DNA of 64,000 nucleotides from NCBI GenBank assembly GCA_965263355.1, contig CBDHHL010000056.1:64001-128000 (forward strand). The letters are read 5' to 3'. Positions 52,269 to 61,199 of this stretch are shown piece after piece. The notes beneath the pieces were generated by a model that saw nothing but the letters and a program-made list of their open reading frames with translations, made no database searches and was not told the DNA's origin. The position numbers and the translations under genes are program-made. Every line of letters begins with the position of its first letter. The first letter of the stretch is position 1. Source of the DNA: Leptolyngbyaceae cyanobacterium (lineage in GTDB: Bacteria; Cyanobacteriota; Cyanobacteriia; Phormidesmidales; Phormidesmidaceae).

Positions 52269-52313
52269 TTAATCAATTCGCAAAAGTAGAACCATCAGCT
52301 ACGAATTGATTAA
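52269..52313. promoter_or_regulatory. 12-bp inverted repeat upstream of the NtcA-type site
   Basis: TTAATCAATTCG-N21-CGAATTGATTAA. Confidence 0.45.
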
Positions 52314-52426
52314 GTCTTGCTTTCTTTTTTATAGAATTGTTGACTCTAGCCCACGTCCAAGGTGTACCCTACAGGTTCTTTACGGAAAAATGACCATTCT
52401 GGACGTGGACAAAGGATATATCCTCA

Positions 52427-53098
52427 TCAAACTAACGTAGTCTCCAAGAGAGCAGACGAGTGTGCTACCCAACCCAGTACCCCTCCCTCTGATTGCAGGA
52501 TATGGACCGTGGCATCATGATCCCTGGCATCGAAAGCAGCACAGCAATCATCCAATAGCAGGCAGTAATACCCCAAATCACTAGCATGGCGATAGGTAGC
52601 TAAAACACAACATTGGGTGGTCACGCCACTAATCAAAAGGTGAGTGATATTATCAGCGTGTAATCGTTGATCAAGGCAGGTATTTACAAAGCAAGAGTGA
52701 GCCGGTTTATCGAGTTGTTCCTCTTCAGACACCGGTTGTAACTCATCAATAATGGCAGCCCCAAGCTCCCCTTGCACGAGAAACCGACCCATTTTGCCCG
52801 CCTGACCAATGGGTGATCCGGCATTGGCATAGCGGATTTTTTTGCTGGGTGATAAATCCGATAGGTCCGGCACATGGCTTTCTCGAGTAAAGATAACCTT
52901 AAGTCCGATTTGTCTGGCCCAGGCCACTAAGGATTGAACCGCAGGTATAATCGCGCGAACAGCTGTCATATCAAGCCCTAACTCACTACCATTGAACCCA
53001 TCAGGATGGCAAAAGTCATTTTGCATATCAATAACCAGTAAGGCTGTTTGGTCAAGCGGCAGATCGAATGAATGGGTATAGGTATTGACTACAACCAT
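52427..53098 (-). CDS. Isochorismatase-family cysteine hydrolase, biuret/guanylurea hydrolase-like
   Basis: Triad D24 (IDMQNDF), K131 (DKP) and C164 (TTQCCV); BiuH-like TRE.H.PDLSDL and GRFLV.GE; C-terminal SEGG.LGWV. Confidence 0.88.
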   Translation of the reverse strand: MVVVNTYTHSFDLPLDQTALLVIDMQNDFCHPDGFNGSELGLDMTAVRAIIPAVQSLVAWARQIGLKVIFTRESHVPDLSDLSPSKKIRYANAGSPIGQAGKMGRFLVQGELGAAIIDELQPVSEEEQLDKPAHSCFVNTCLDQRLHADNITHLLISGVTTQCCVLATYRHASDLGYYCLLLDDCCAAFDARDHDATVHILQSEGGVLGWVAHSSALLETTLV

Positions 53099-53325
53099 AA
53101 ATACCTCATGGGAACATCTCCAATGCTATTAGGTGATACTGTTATGCCTAAAACTGTTTTAATAAACAGCTCTTGAGATTTAATCTAATCCTGATAAGAT
53201 CGTTTTTAAGCCTAATCTATGCAAATAGCGTATCAAGTTTCACATTTTTCACATTTACACTTATTGTCACATTTATCGGATGTAGTCGCCGCCTACTCAT
53301 TTTTGAAAGTAATGGGATTAAAGCC

Positions 53326-53946
53326 ATGACATCGCATCATCATCGTCCTGAATCTGAAATCGCTCTGCGGGTTAAAGCTATTGAGTCGCTGTTGGTAGAG
53401 AAAGGAATTGTTGACCCAGCTGCCCTGGATGCCATTATTGATACCTATGAGCATAATGTGGGTCCCCATATCGGTGCTCAAATTGTTGCTAAGGCTTGGG
53501 TTGATCCTGAGTTTAAGCAACGACTTTTAGCTGATGGTACCAGTGCGATTTCAGAACTAGGTTTCACAGGGTTTTCTAGTGAACATATGGTAGTGGTGGA
53601 AAATACCTCGGCTGTACACAACTTGATTGTCTGTACTCTTTGTTCCTGTTATCCCTGGGCAATTTTAGGGCTACCTCCTACCTGGTACAAATCCTTTGCC
53701 TACCGATCCCGTGCGGTGATTGAACCCCGCAAGGTTTTGCAAGAGTTCGGTTTGGACATTCCTGAAGACGTTGAAGTGCGGGTATGGGACAGTAATGCAG
53801 ACTTACGTTATCTCGTTTTACCCGAACGACCTGCAGGAGCTGAGGAGTTGTCAGAAAAAGACCTGGCAGCCCTTGTTACCCGCAATGCCATGATTGGCAC
53901 AGCTAACGTTCAATCGCCCATTGTGTCTACCTCTATTGTTGCTTAG
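53326..53946 (+). CDS. nthA: Nitrile hydratase alpha subunit, cobalt type
   Basis: [10 protein letters not shown] metal motif (Thr/Tyr = Co type), GLPP.WYKS..YRSR and VWDS; ATG 53326 preferred over the TTG at 53173. Confidence 0.95.
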   Translation: MTSHHHRPESEIALRVKAIESLLVEKGIVDPAALDAIIDTYEHNVGPHIGAQIVAKAWVDPEFKQRLLADGTSAISELGFTGFSSEHMVVVENTSAVHNLIVCTLCSCYPWAILGLPPTWYKSFAYRSRAVIEPRKVLQEFGLDIPEDVEVRVWDSNADLRYLVLPERPAGAEELSEKDLAALVTRNAMIGTANVQSPIVSTSIVA

Positions 53947-53957
53947 GAGCTATCGCC

Positions 53958-54263
53958 ATGAATGGTCCCCATGATTTGGGTGGTATGCATGGATTGGGTC
54001 CAATTCCCATTGAAGAGAACGAACCTGTGTTTCATAGCGAATGGGAAGCCCAGGTATTTGCCATGAGCTTTGCCACCTTTGTGAACTATTTTCCAGTGGA
54101 TGAAACTCGCCATGCGTCAGAACAAATGCCTCCTGGTGAATATTTAAGCTCCAGTTATTACGAACGTTGGCTCTATGCCCTAGAGCTTTTACTCACCAAG
54201 CATAATCTTGTTACCCCAGACGAAATCGAAGCCAGAATCGCTGAATTTGCCCAGGCAGAGTAA
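53958..54263 (+). CDS. nthB: Nitrile hydratase beta subunit, N-terminal half
   Basis: MNGPHDLGGMHGLGP, PVFH.EWE, RHA.E and SYYERW; AGGAG RBS; own stop codon. Confidence 0.88.
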   Translation: MNGPHDLGGMHGLGPIPIEENEPVFHSEWEAQVFAMSFATFVNYFPVDETRHASEQMPPGEYLSSSYYERWLYALELLLTKHNLVTPDEIEARIAEFAQAE

Positions 54264-54294
54264 CCTCTCATATCACTCCGTTTACCCCTACCCC

Positions 54295-54663
54295 ATGGCC
54301 ATCGAAACTCCTAACCAATGTATGACTGCCCAAGATGCCAAAACTCTTCTAGGCGAGGGGTTAAGCTGTCAGGCAGAAAGTGATTTACCTGCTCAGTTTC
54401 ATGTGGGGGACCTGGTCAGGGCAAAAGTTATGCACCCCAAGACCTATACGCGTTTACCCCGCTACATTCGAGGCAAAGTGGGAGAAATTGTCAAAGATCA
54501 TGGTACATATATTTTTCCGGACACCATGGGACAACGGCTATCCACAAAACCTCAACACGTCTACAGTGTGCGGTTTTCTGCCCAGGAGCTTTGGGGACAG
54601 GACGTCTCACCCAATGACTCCCTCTATATTGATTTATTTGATGACCATTTAGAATCTCCTTAG
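54295..54663 (+). CDS. nthB: Nitrile hydratase beta subunit, C-terminal (SH3-like) half
   Basis: F.VGD.V, TRLPRYIRGK.G, Y.V.F...ELWG and IDLFD.HLE; ATG 54295 in a different frame from the N-half. Confidence 0.85.
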   Translation: MAIETPNQCMTAQDAKTLLGEGLSCQAESDLPAQFHVGDLVRAKVMHPKTYTRLPRYIRGKVGEIVKDHGTYIFPDTMGQRLSTKPQHVYSVRFSAQELWGQDVSPNDSLYIDLFDDHLESP

Positions 54664-54676
54664 AGCTTACGGATTT

Positions 54677-55042
54677 ATGTCTCTACCACAAAACAGAAAT
54701 TCTCCTCTGTCTGCCTCTGCTCAAAAAGATAATGAACCCGTCTTTCAGGCACCTTGGGAAGCCAGGGCATTTGCCATTGTCAATCAACTCGCTAATGCTC
54801 TGGAATACAGTTGGTCTGAGTGGACTGATCAATTTGTAGAGGAAATCTCAGTTGCTGAGAATGATCCCACCGATACAAGCTCGTATTACGAACGTTGGGT
54901 GCGAACTTGCGAAAAGCTGTTAATTGCTAAAGGCATTCTGAATCCATTGGCTATTGATCAGCGCATCAAAGAATTGCGAGTTGAACGTGAAACCAATGTA
55001 GAACATGAGCATCAGGAGCCAGAAGCTAGTAAGACCCTATAG
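54677..55042 (+). CDS. Nitrile hydratase accessory protein (P14K/NhlE-like)
   Basis: EPVFQAPWEARAFAI, W.EW and YYERW..E; His-containing tail. Confidence 0.88.
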   Translation: MSLPQNRNSPLSASAQKDNEPVFQAPWEARAFAIVNQLANALEYSWSEWTDQFVEEISVAENDPTDTSSYYERWVRTCEKLLIAKGILNPLAIDQRIKELRVERETNVEHEHQEPEASKTL

Positions 55043-55099
55043 TCTGACTTCTAATTAAGAAAAATCCTACTTTGAGTTGACACCCACCCAGAGGTTATT

Positions 55100-55954
55100 T
55101 TGGAACTTCTAGTTTTGCGTTCATGGTGTACCGGCCCAGCCAATTTAGAAGCGCTTGTTCAGCAGACCTTGGATGACGGCTTTGACGGGATTGAGGCACC
55201 AATTCCCGAAGACATTCAACAAAGGCAGCTCCTTCGTCGTCTCTTGCAGGAGCACGGGCTGGTTTTTATTGCGGAAGCAACCACGGGGATCGACCCAGAT
55301 AATACCAAGGATTGGTGGATTCCTCACCCTGACCGTAGCATTTGCGATCATCTGGCTGATTTGCAGTGGGCGGTGGACCATGCTAATGAAATCGGGGCCA
55401 TGTTTGTCTCTACGATGTGTGGCTATGATGCCTGGTCCTGGCAGCAAAATGTGGACTTTTTTGGCCGTGCTTTAGAACTAGAGCAAACATCCGGTACTAC
55501 CATTAGTTTTGAAACCCATCGTAGCCGCTCACTTTACAATCCCTGGATTACCCGAGACCTGCTGAACCAGTTTCCTGCGATGAAGCTCACCTGTGACTTT
55601 AGCCATTGGTGTGTTGTCTGTGAACGCTTGCTTGACACGGAGTGGTCAATCTTAGAACTTTGTGCTGAAAGAGCCCAACATATTCAATGTCGTGTGGGTT
55701 ATTCTCAACATGCCCAGGTTGCAGATCCCCGTGCGCCTGAATCCCAGGAGGCATTAGAGGCCCATGAGCGTTGGTGGCGTTTGATTTGGGAGAAACAACA
55801 GCAACGGGGTATGGCTAAGACAACGATGATGCCGGAATTTCTCTACGATGGCTATATGCAAACTTTGCCCTATACGGGAATGCCGGTGGCCGATGTGTGG
55901 GAGATTACCTGTTGGATGGCTGAGCGGCAACGGCAACACTTCTCTAAGCAGTAG
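55100..55954 (+). CDS. Sugar-phosphate isomerase/epimerase-like TIM-barrel metalloprotein
   Basis: GFDGIE, FETHR, TCDFSHW, H.RVG and PEF; TTG start with GAGG RBS. Confidence 0.85.
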   Translation: MELLVLRSWCTGPANLEALVQQTLDDGFDGIEAPIPEDIQQRQLLRRLLQEHGLVFIAEATTGIDPDNTKDWWIPHPDRSICDHLADLQWAVDHANEIGAMFVSTMCGYDAWSWQQNVDFFGRALELEQTSGTTISFETHRSRSLYNPWITRDLLNQFPAMKLTCDFSHWCVVCERLLDTEWSILELCAERAQHIQCRVGYSQHAQVADPRAPESQEALEAHERWWRLIWEKQQQRGMAKTTMMPEFLYDGYMQTLPYTGMPVADVWEITCWMAERQRQHFSKQ

Positions 55955-55985
55955 CAACGTTACGTTTATGGTAAATAAAAAGGCT

Positions 55986-56020
55986 TAGTGCAGCGTCAAC
56001 GTTAAAAATTAGGATTCTGT
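55986..56020 (+). mobile_element. Solo IS630-type terminal sequence
   Basis: TAGTGCAGCGTCAACGTTAAAAATTAGGATTCTGT, near-identical to the reverse complement of 14485-14520. Confidence 0.75.
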
Positions 56021-56552
56021 ATGGATGCAGCGTAAGGGGTAATAGGAGAATTACATTACGAGGGTGCGATCGCTATTTTGTCAGACGGATATGACAGTGC
56101 CACCCTTGCTAAAACTTTGGAAGTTAGGACACAATGATTGCTATTCGGGGAGCATTGATGGTGTAAATGCTGTTTCTCTCTTTCAGCGGACAATGCAGCA
56201 GCTACCTCAGGTATTATTGCATTGCCAGTGAGGGGGCAAACCTATGTGTTGCAAAAAACACCTGTATTAATTTTGACAAAAATAACCGTATCGTTGATCG
56301 GAATCAAGCGCAAAATTCAGCCCCTAAAAAATATCTAACCTGACCGGAATTTCCCAACGGTAAGCGGATATTAATAAAGGTGTACTCTCTAAATTTGTCC
56401 ACTAAGAGCCTTAGTCCAGGATCGTAGCCTGCAAATGTAAAGTTGGCTACGGATCTACCCCTGCTCCATGTCCAGGACCACAGGTTTCTTTAGACGAAGC
56501 AACCGCTTTAAACTGGGACATGGTTATGTTCTGCAAATTGTGTCCAGATTAA

Positions 56553-58040
56553 ATGCTTGACTCAACATACCATCAACTCACCAATAACGAGATAGCTCAG
56601 CTTGGAGAACGCTATGAGCTACTAGAGGCCATTGGACATGGCGGTATGAGCATTGTATTTCGTGGGCGCGATCAGGTACTCAACCGAGCAGTTGCCCTCA
56701 AGCTATGCAAACCCAATATCGATGTTTCGCGTCTGCATCGAGAAGCCATCGCCATGGCGGGCATTCAGTCTCGCCACGTAGTCACCGTCCATGACTTTTT
56801 AAAGCTAAGTCAGGACCGGGGCGTACTGGTGATGGATTGGATTGAAGGTAAAGATCTGGCCACGATTATGGGCGATCAATCCTGCTCCCTAAAGGATGAT
56901 GTCGTGCGGCAGTGGATGCGGGATGTCTGTATTGGCATGATCGATGCTGAGTCTAAAGGCGTTATTCACCGAGATCTTAAGCCATCTAACATCATTATCG
57001 ATGCCCATCAGCGTGCTTTGGTGATGGATTTTGGCATTGCCACTGGCAAAACGATGAATCAGCTGACGTTGGATGGTCAAGTGATTGGCACTCCACTATA
57101 CATGGCTCCAGAACAGGCTGAAGACCCAAGCAAGGTCGATACCAGAGCTGATGTGTATAGCTTTGGTGCAACGTTCTACCATGCCATTGTGCGACAGCCG
57201 CCGTTTGACGCTGAAACGCCCTGGTCCGTTGTGTGGAAGCATAAGACAGAACCCTTAATTCCACCCAAATCCCTCAATCCATCCATTAGTAGTGTATTGA
57301 ATGATTGTATTGAACGGTGTTTAGCCAAAGATCCAGCCGATCGGTTTTCTAGTTTTTCCCAAATAAATGAAGTCCTGAGTTCGTCTACTGTGCGTCCTTG
57401 GGAACACACTATTGACGAAACCCTCGCTAACTATTTGGGCGTTTTCAGGGTTCATCGCAAACAATTTTTAAGCCCTGATCTAGCCGAAATCGATCGACCG
57501 ACAATTTTTGATTTTCCCAATAGGCGTCGCCTCAAGATTCTCTTTGGTGATTTAACTGAACAAGGGGTAGACGCCCTTGTGAGTTCAGATGATGCCATGT
57601 TAACTATGAGCAGCGGTGTGTCCGCTGCCCTAGCCCAAAAAGCCGGTGGAGCATTCCGCGAAGAGGCCCAACGATTTACCCCCGCGCGGGCCGGCAGAGT
57701 TGTTGTTACCCCTGCCGGAGATTTGCCATCAAGGTTTGTATTTCATGGTATTTCCATTGGCATAGATGGAGAATCTCAACAGTTTCCCACCCGCGATGTC
57801 ATTGCCGAAATTGTTGACAGCTGTTTCTACCAGGCAGAAACCCTATCTATTCAGTCAATTGCGTTTCCCCTGCTGGGTACAGGAAACGCTGGGTTTCCCC
57901 GTGGGGTTGCCTTAGACACCATGTTTCGCATCATTGCCCACAGACTGCTCAGACGCATTACCCCCATCAAAGAAGTAAGAATTGTCCTTTGGCCAGAGGA
58001 CACCTCACCAGATGACGACAATACTCTGATTTTGAACTAA
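56553..58040 (+). CDS. Hanks-type Ser/Thr kinase fused to a C-terminal macrodomain
   Basis: IGHGGM, VALK, HRDLKPSN, DFG and GTPLYMAPE; then GDLT..DALVSSDD, GVSAAL and SIAFPLLGTGNAGF. Confidence 0.9.
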   Translation: MLDSTYHQLTNNEIAQLGERYELLEAIGHGGMSIVFRGRDQVLNRAVALKLCKPNIDVSRLHREAIAMAGIQSRHVVTVHDFLKLSQDRGVLVMDWIEGKDLATIMGDQSCSLKDDVVRQWMRDVCIGMIDAESKGVIHRDLKPSNIIIDAHQRALVMDFGIATGKTMNQLTLDGQVIGTPLYMAPEQAEDPSKVDTRADVYSFGATFYHAIVRQPPFDAETPWSVVWKHKTEPLIPPKSLNPSISSVLNDCIERCLAKDPADRFSSFSQINEVLSSSTVRPWEHTIDETLANYLGVFRVHRKQFLSPDLAEIDRPTIFDFPNRRRLKILFGDLTEQGVDALVSSDDAMLTMSSGVSAALAQKAGGAFREEAQRFTPARAGRVVVTPAGDLPSRFVFHGISIGIDGESQQFPTRDVIAEIVDSCFYQAETLSIQSIAFPLLGTGNAGFPRGVALDTMFRIIAHRLLRRITPIKEVRIVLWPEDTSPDDDNTLILN

Positions 58041-58164
58041 AAGCATCATTACATTAAACTAAAGCGCAGTATTCAGTCGATTAGCATAACCAATCATCCC
58101 CAAATAGCCCTTTGCCCTAACGACTGGTCTGCCACAGTACCTTCAAAGCTAACTGCACCTATTT

Positions 58165-58782
58165 CTACCAAATTTTTGTCATCTTGAGTTCAAACATTGG
58201 CATTTCAGGTTCGCAGCTAACAGATTCAGGGTTATCTAAAATTTCTGTTGCTTGTTCAGGTCGATAAATGTAAACTTTGCGACTCTTCCTATCGATCAAC
58301 AATCCTAGCCGCACACCATTAGCAATATATTCTTCCATCTTTTCCTGCAAGCTAACCAACGTATCGCTACTGGACCGTAATTCCACAACAAAATCAGGAG
58401 CAATCGGTGCAAAGGATGCCTGCTGTTCAGGTGTCAACGCATGCCAGTGGTCAGCCAAAATCCAGGCTGCATCTGGAGAGCGCGTGGCCCCATTGGGTAA
58501 GGTAAACCCTGAGCTAGAATCAAAGGCTTCTCCAGTTCCATCAGCTTCAGACCAAATATATAGCTGCCCAAAGATTCTGCCATTGCGGTTGCCAGTATCC
58601 GAAAAGGCTGGAGGCATAACGATTATCTCTCCGTTTGCATTCCGCTCGATTCGTAAATCAGGGTTTGTCTGACAAAATTCATAGAACTGCTGGTTACTCA
58701 TCTTCTCTAGGGTGGTTAGCGAAGATAAGTTAATTGGCACCGCTGCCTGTACAGATTTAACTAGCAGGTTCGTCATACCCAA
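58165..58782 (-). CDS. Uma2 family endonuclease
   Basis: DSSSGFTLPNGA.RSPDA, PDFVVELRS and KMEEY..NG. Confidence 0.92.
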   Translation of the reverse strand: MGMTNLLVKSVQAAVPINLSSLTTLEKMSNQQFYEFCQTNPDLRIERNANGEIIVMPPAFSDTGNRNGRIFGQLYIWSEADGTGEAFDSSSGFTLPNGATRSPDAAWILADHWHALTPEQQASFAPIAPDFVVELRSSSDTLVSLQEKMEEYIANGVRLGLLIDRKSRKVYIYRPEQATEILDNPESVSCEPEMPMFELKMTKIW

Positions 58783-58823
58783 CTCTATCCAAGAAGGTTT
58801 GCATAATTATAGCTAGTGCAGTG

Positions 58824-59519
58824 TCAAAGCTTAATTTTAGGGTAAACGGAGGCTAGCTTACAGCGAGCATCATCGACCTGCATCTGCCAGTCAACTCCCC
58901 GTTGCCTGTTGTTGATATCGTTCGACCAAGCTGTCGTTTCAGCCCGTAGCGTATCGATGTCTTCAAAGCGTCTACCATCAATGCACTGTCGAGTCATTGC
59001 ACTCACATCATTTTCTGCGATGTTGAGCCAACTGCCATGCTTCGGGGTATAACAAAATTCGATTCGCTGCACCAATTTTCGCGCTCGTTCAGGCTCGAAT
59101 GCTTCGTAAAAAGCCCCTTTGGTGTGTGTATTGAGATTGTCACACACCAATCGTACTTTCTCGCAATCGGCATAGCGGTTTTCCAGTATGTCAGCCACTT
59201 CAAGCGCCCAATCCACTTTGGTGCGACTCGGACGTACGCTCACTTGCCGCCAACCGGCTAACGGCTCAGTAAACATGAAAATACTCGCGGTCCCGGCCCG
59301 TTCATACTCATAGTCCACCCGTTTGCCATGGTTAGCCGTGGCCGGAAGCGGGGGACGACTCTCTCGTTGAAATTGAACGGGTTGTTCATCCATGCAAATC
59401 GTCGGACGGGTTGGGTCGTAAGGCTGGGCATAGACATCAAGCACCGCTTCCATGTGAGCCACAAATTCAGCATCGGTCTCAGGGGGAATCACCCAGTACT
59501 CTATCTTGCGATTGGTCAT
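58824..59519 (-). CDS. IS630 transposase OrfB (DDE domain)
   Basis: CMDE, DYEYER.G, CDNLNTH and TPKHGSWLNIAE. Confidence 0.92.
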   Translation of the reverse strand: MTNRKIEYWVIPPETDAEFVAHMEAVLDVYAQPYDPTRPTICMDEQPVQFQRESRPPLPATANHGKRVDYEYERAGTASIFMFTEPLAGWRQVSVRPSRTKVDWALEVADILENRYADCEKVRLVCDNLNTHTKGAFYEAFEPERARKLVQRIEFCYTPKHGSWLNIAENDVSAMTRQCIDGRRFEDIDTLRAETTAWSNDINNRQRGVDWQMQVDDARCKLASVYPKIKL

Positions 59520-59959
59520 GCCATTTTTTTCAGAGTCTGTCGCACCGTCTCATGGCTGACCGTGTCAACCAGACCCAATTCAACCACCTTACGAGCTAGC
59601 AAACGCAATGACCAATTGGCATACCCGGCGGGAGGGGCTCCTAATCGCAGGGCAATCACCTGGGCTTCCTGCTCGCCATCAAGGAGCTTATCCGTGGGGG
59701 GACGGCGTCGCTTCGCACCATTAAGAGTTACCGCAAACCCTTGCTCAACCAAGCGGCGGCGAATATTCTCCACGGTCTTTGTTCGACAGTCAAACGCATC
59801 GGCGATCTCCTGGTCAGTCCAGTTCGATCCATCGGCATCCGCTTTCAGTAAAATCTGAGCGCGACGCACTTTCTGGCTGCTGCCCTTCAGCTTTTTGATC
59901 ACCGCTTGTAACTGATGGCGCTCATCGGGAGTTAGACGGACAATATACTTTTTCTGCAT
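59516..59959 (-). CDS. IS630 transposase OrfA (HTH); A7 slippery run at the junction
   Basis: RRAQILLKAD, WSLRLLA and SHETVRQTLKK; CTGAAAAAAATGGCATGA overlaps OrfB in the -1 frame. Confidence 0.9.
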   Translation of the reverse strand: MQKKYIVRLTPDERHQLQAVIKKLKGSSQKVRRAQILLKADADGSNWTDQEIADAFDCRTKTVENIRRRLVEQGFAVTLNGAKRRRPPTDKLLDGEQEAQVIALRLGAPPAGYANWSLRLLARKVVELGLVDTVSHETVRQTLKKMA

Positions 59960-60036
59960 AGGATTCCGGTACGCTGCATAGAGCTTACAGCAACACTCTC
60001 AATAACCCTAATTTTTAGTCTTGACGCTGCACTAGT

Positions 60037-60444
60037 ATGGATGGCTTTGCAGTGCTGGAGCGGGTGCTCTCTGCCGATGCCGATGTGTTGTTCTGTGGTC
60101 ATACCCATGTTCCCTATGTGCGAGAGTTAGAGGATGCTAAACTGTCGGTCACGGTGAAACAACCTGCTCGTTCTGAAAACCCCCAACAGTTTCAGGTAGC
60201 GTTGAAACGCATTATCAATGCGGGCTCTGTGGGCGAACCTCGCCACGGTCGGCCCAATGCTACTTATGTTCTCTACGACACCGAGACAACCCAGGTGACT
60301 CTACGGGAAGTTGCCTATAACTACACTAAGACCTGTCTGGCCATCCTGGAAAAGGGATTACCTTCTATTTTTGCATGGCGGTTAGCACGGGGCATGGAGT
60401 TTGCAGAACGGGCGGACGATCCCACCCATGTTTGCGAGCGATAG
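60037..60444 (+). pseudogene. Metallophosphoesterase, C-terminal fragment cut by IS630
   Basis: FCGHTH and NAGSVGEPR are present, but the N-terminal metal motifs are absent; begins 2 nt after the IS end. Confidence 0.8.
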
Positions 60445-60469
60445 ATATTGAAAATGGAGAGATAACCCG

Positions 60470-61197
60470 ATGAAGTGGGCGATCTTAAGCGGCATTGAAG
60501 GCAATCTGACGGCCTACGAGGCAGGATATACGGCGGCAGGCGGTGAGCGATCTGCTATTATATCTGGGGGATGTGGTCGGCCTCCAGGGAGATAATGAGG
60601 CGGTGATTCAACGGCTGCAGTCTCCTCAGCCTGACGAGTTAGCACCTCAGGTATGTGTGGGTTGGTGGGAGGAGCAGTGTTTTAGTTTGCACGGGGTGAG
60701 CGGTCTGCAGGATGCGCCGGAGCTAATGGAGAAAGTTGGCGGTGATGGGGTAAAAGCCCTTTGGGAATCGGTGTCACGGGAGTCGGTGCGGTGGTTGCGA
60801 TCGCAGCACTTTGGCTTCCATGAACTCGACTGTTTACTGATCCATGGCAGCACCGTCAGCTATGCCGATGAACTTACGTCTGACACCCCGGCGATTGAGT
60901 TGTGCGATCGCTTAGTTCGCGCCGATGCTAATTATCTCTTTTGTGGTCGCTCTGGTCTCACCTTTGAATGCTGGGTCACCCCAGTGGAGCTACGTTCGAC
61001 TGCGACCACTCTGCCACCTCCTTATTTGAGCCCCTCAGGATTATGGCAAAACATCTCGCCAAGTGATTGGTGTTGGCTCGGTGGGTCGTACTCCTGGAAA
61101 GTCTACCTACGCGCTATTCAGTCCTGGTAATGGTCAACTCTCTTTTAGAACTGTGAGCTATGGCCAGGTAAAAGGGTTTGGAGCAACGAAACAATAA
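60470..61197 (+). pseudogene. Second metallophosphoesterase-like gene with frameshifts
   Basis: MKWAILSGIEGNLTAYEA (60470) is out of frame with LGDVVG...IHGS...FCGRSG; the final GVGSVGRTPG...KGFG segment is in another frame. Confidence 0.72.
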
Positions 61198-61199
61198 CA

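Larger units (their letters stand above)
58814..60034 (-). mobile_element. Complete IS630-family element
   Basis: Terminal inverted repeats TAGTGCAG(T/C)GTCAA at both ends with flanking TA; two-ORF transposase. Confidence 0.92.

Noticed and set aside
52131..52426. Guanidine riboswitch ahead of the ABC operon
   Set aside because: No ykkC-type or ACGR twin-hairpin motif was recognised by eye; an Rfam scan would settle it.
53173..53325. N-terminal extension of NHase alpha
   Set aside because: This is AT-rich promoter sequence read from a TTG; family similarity begins at ATG 53326.
56030..56500. Possible gene remnant upstream of the kinase
   Set aside because: Only short broken frames with no recognisable motif.
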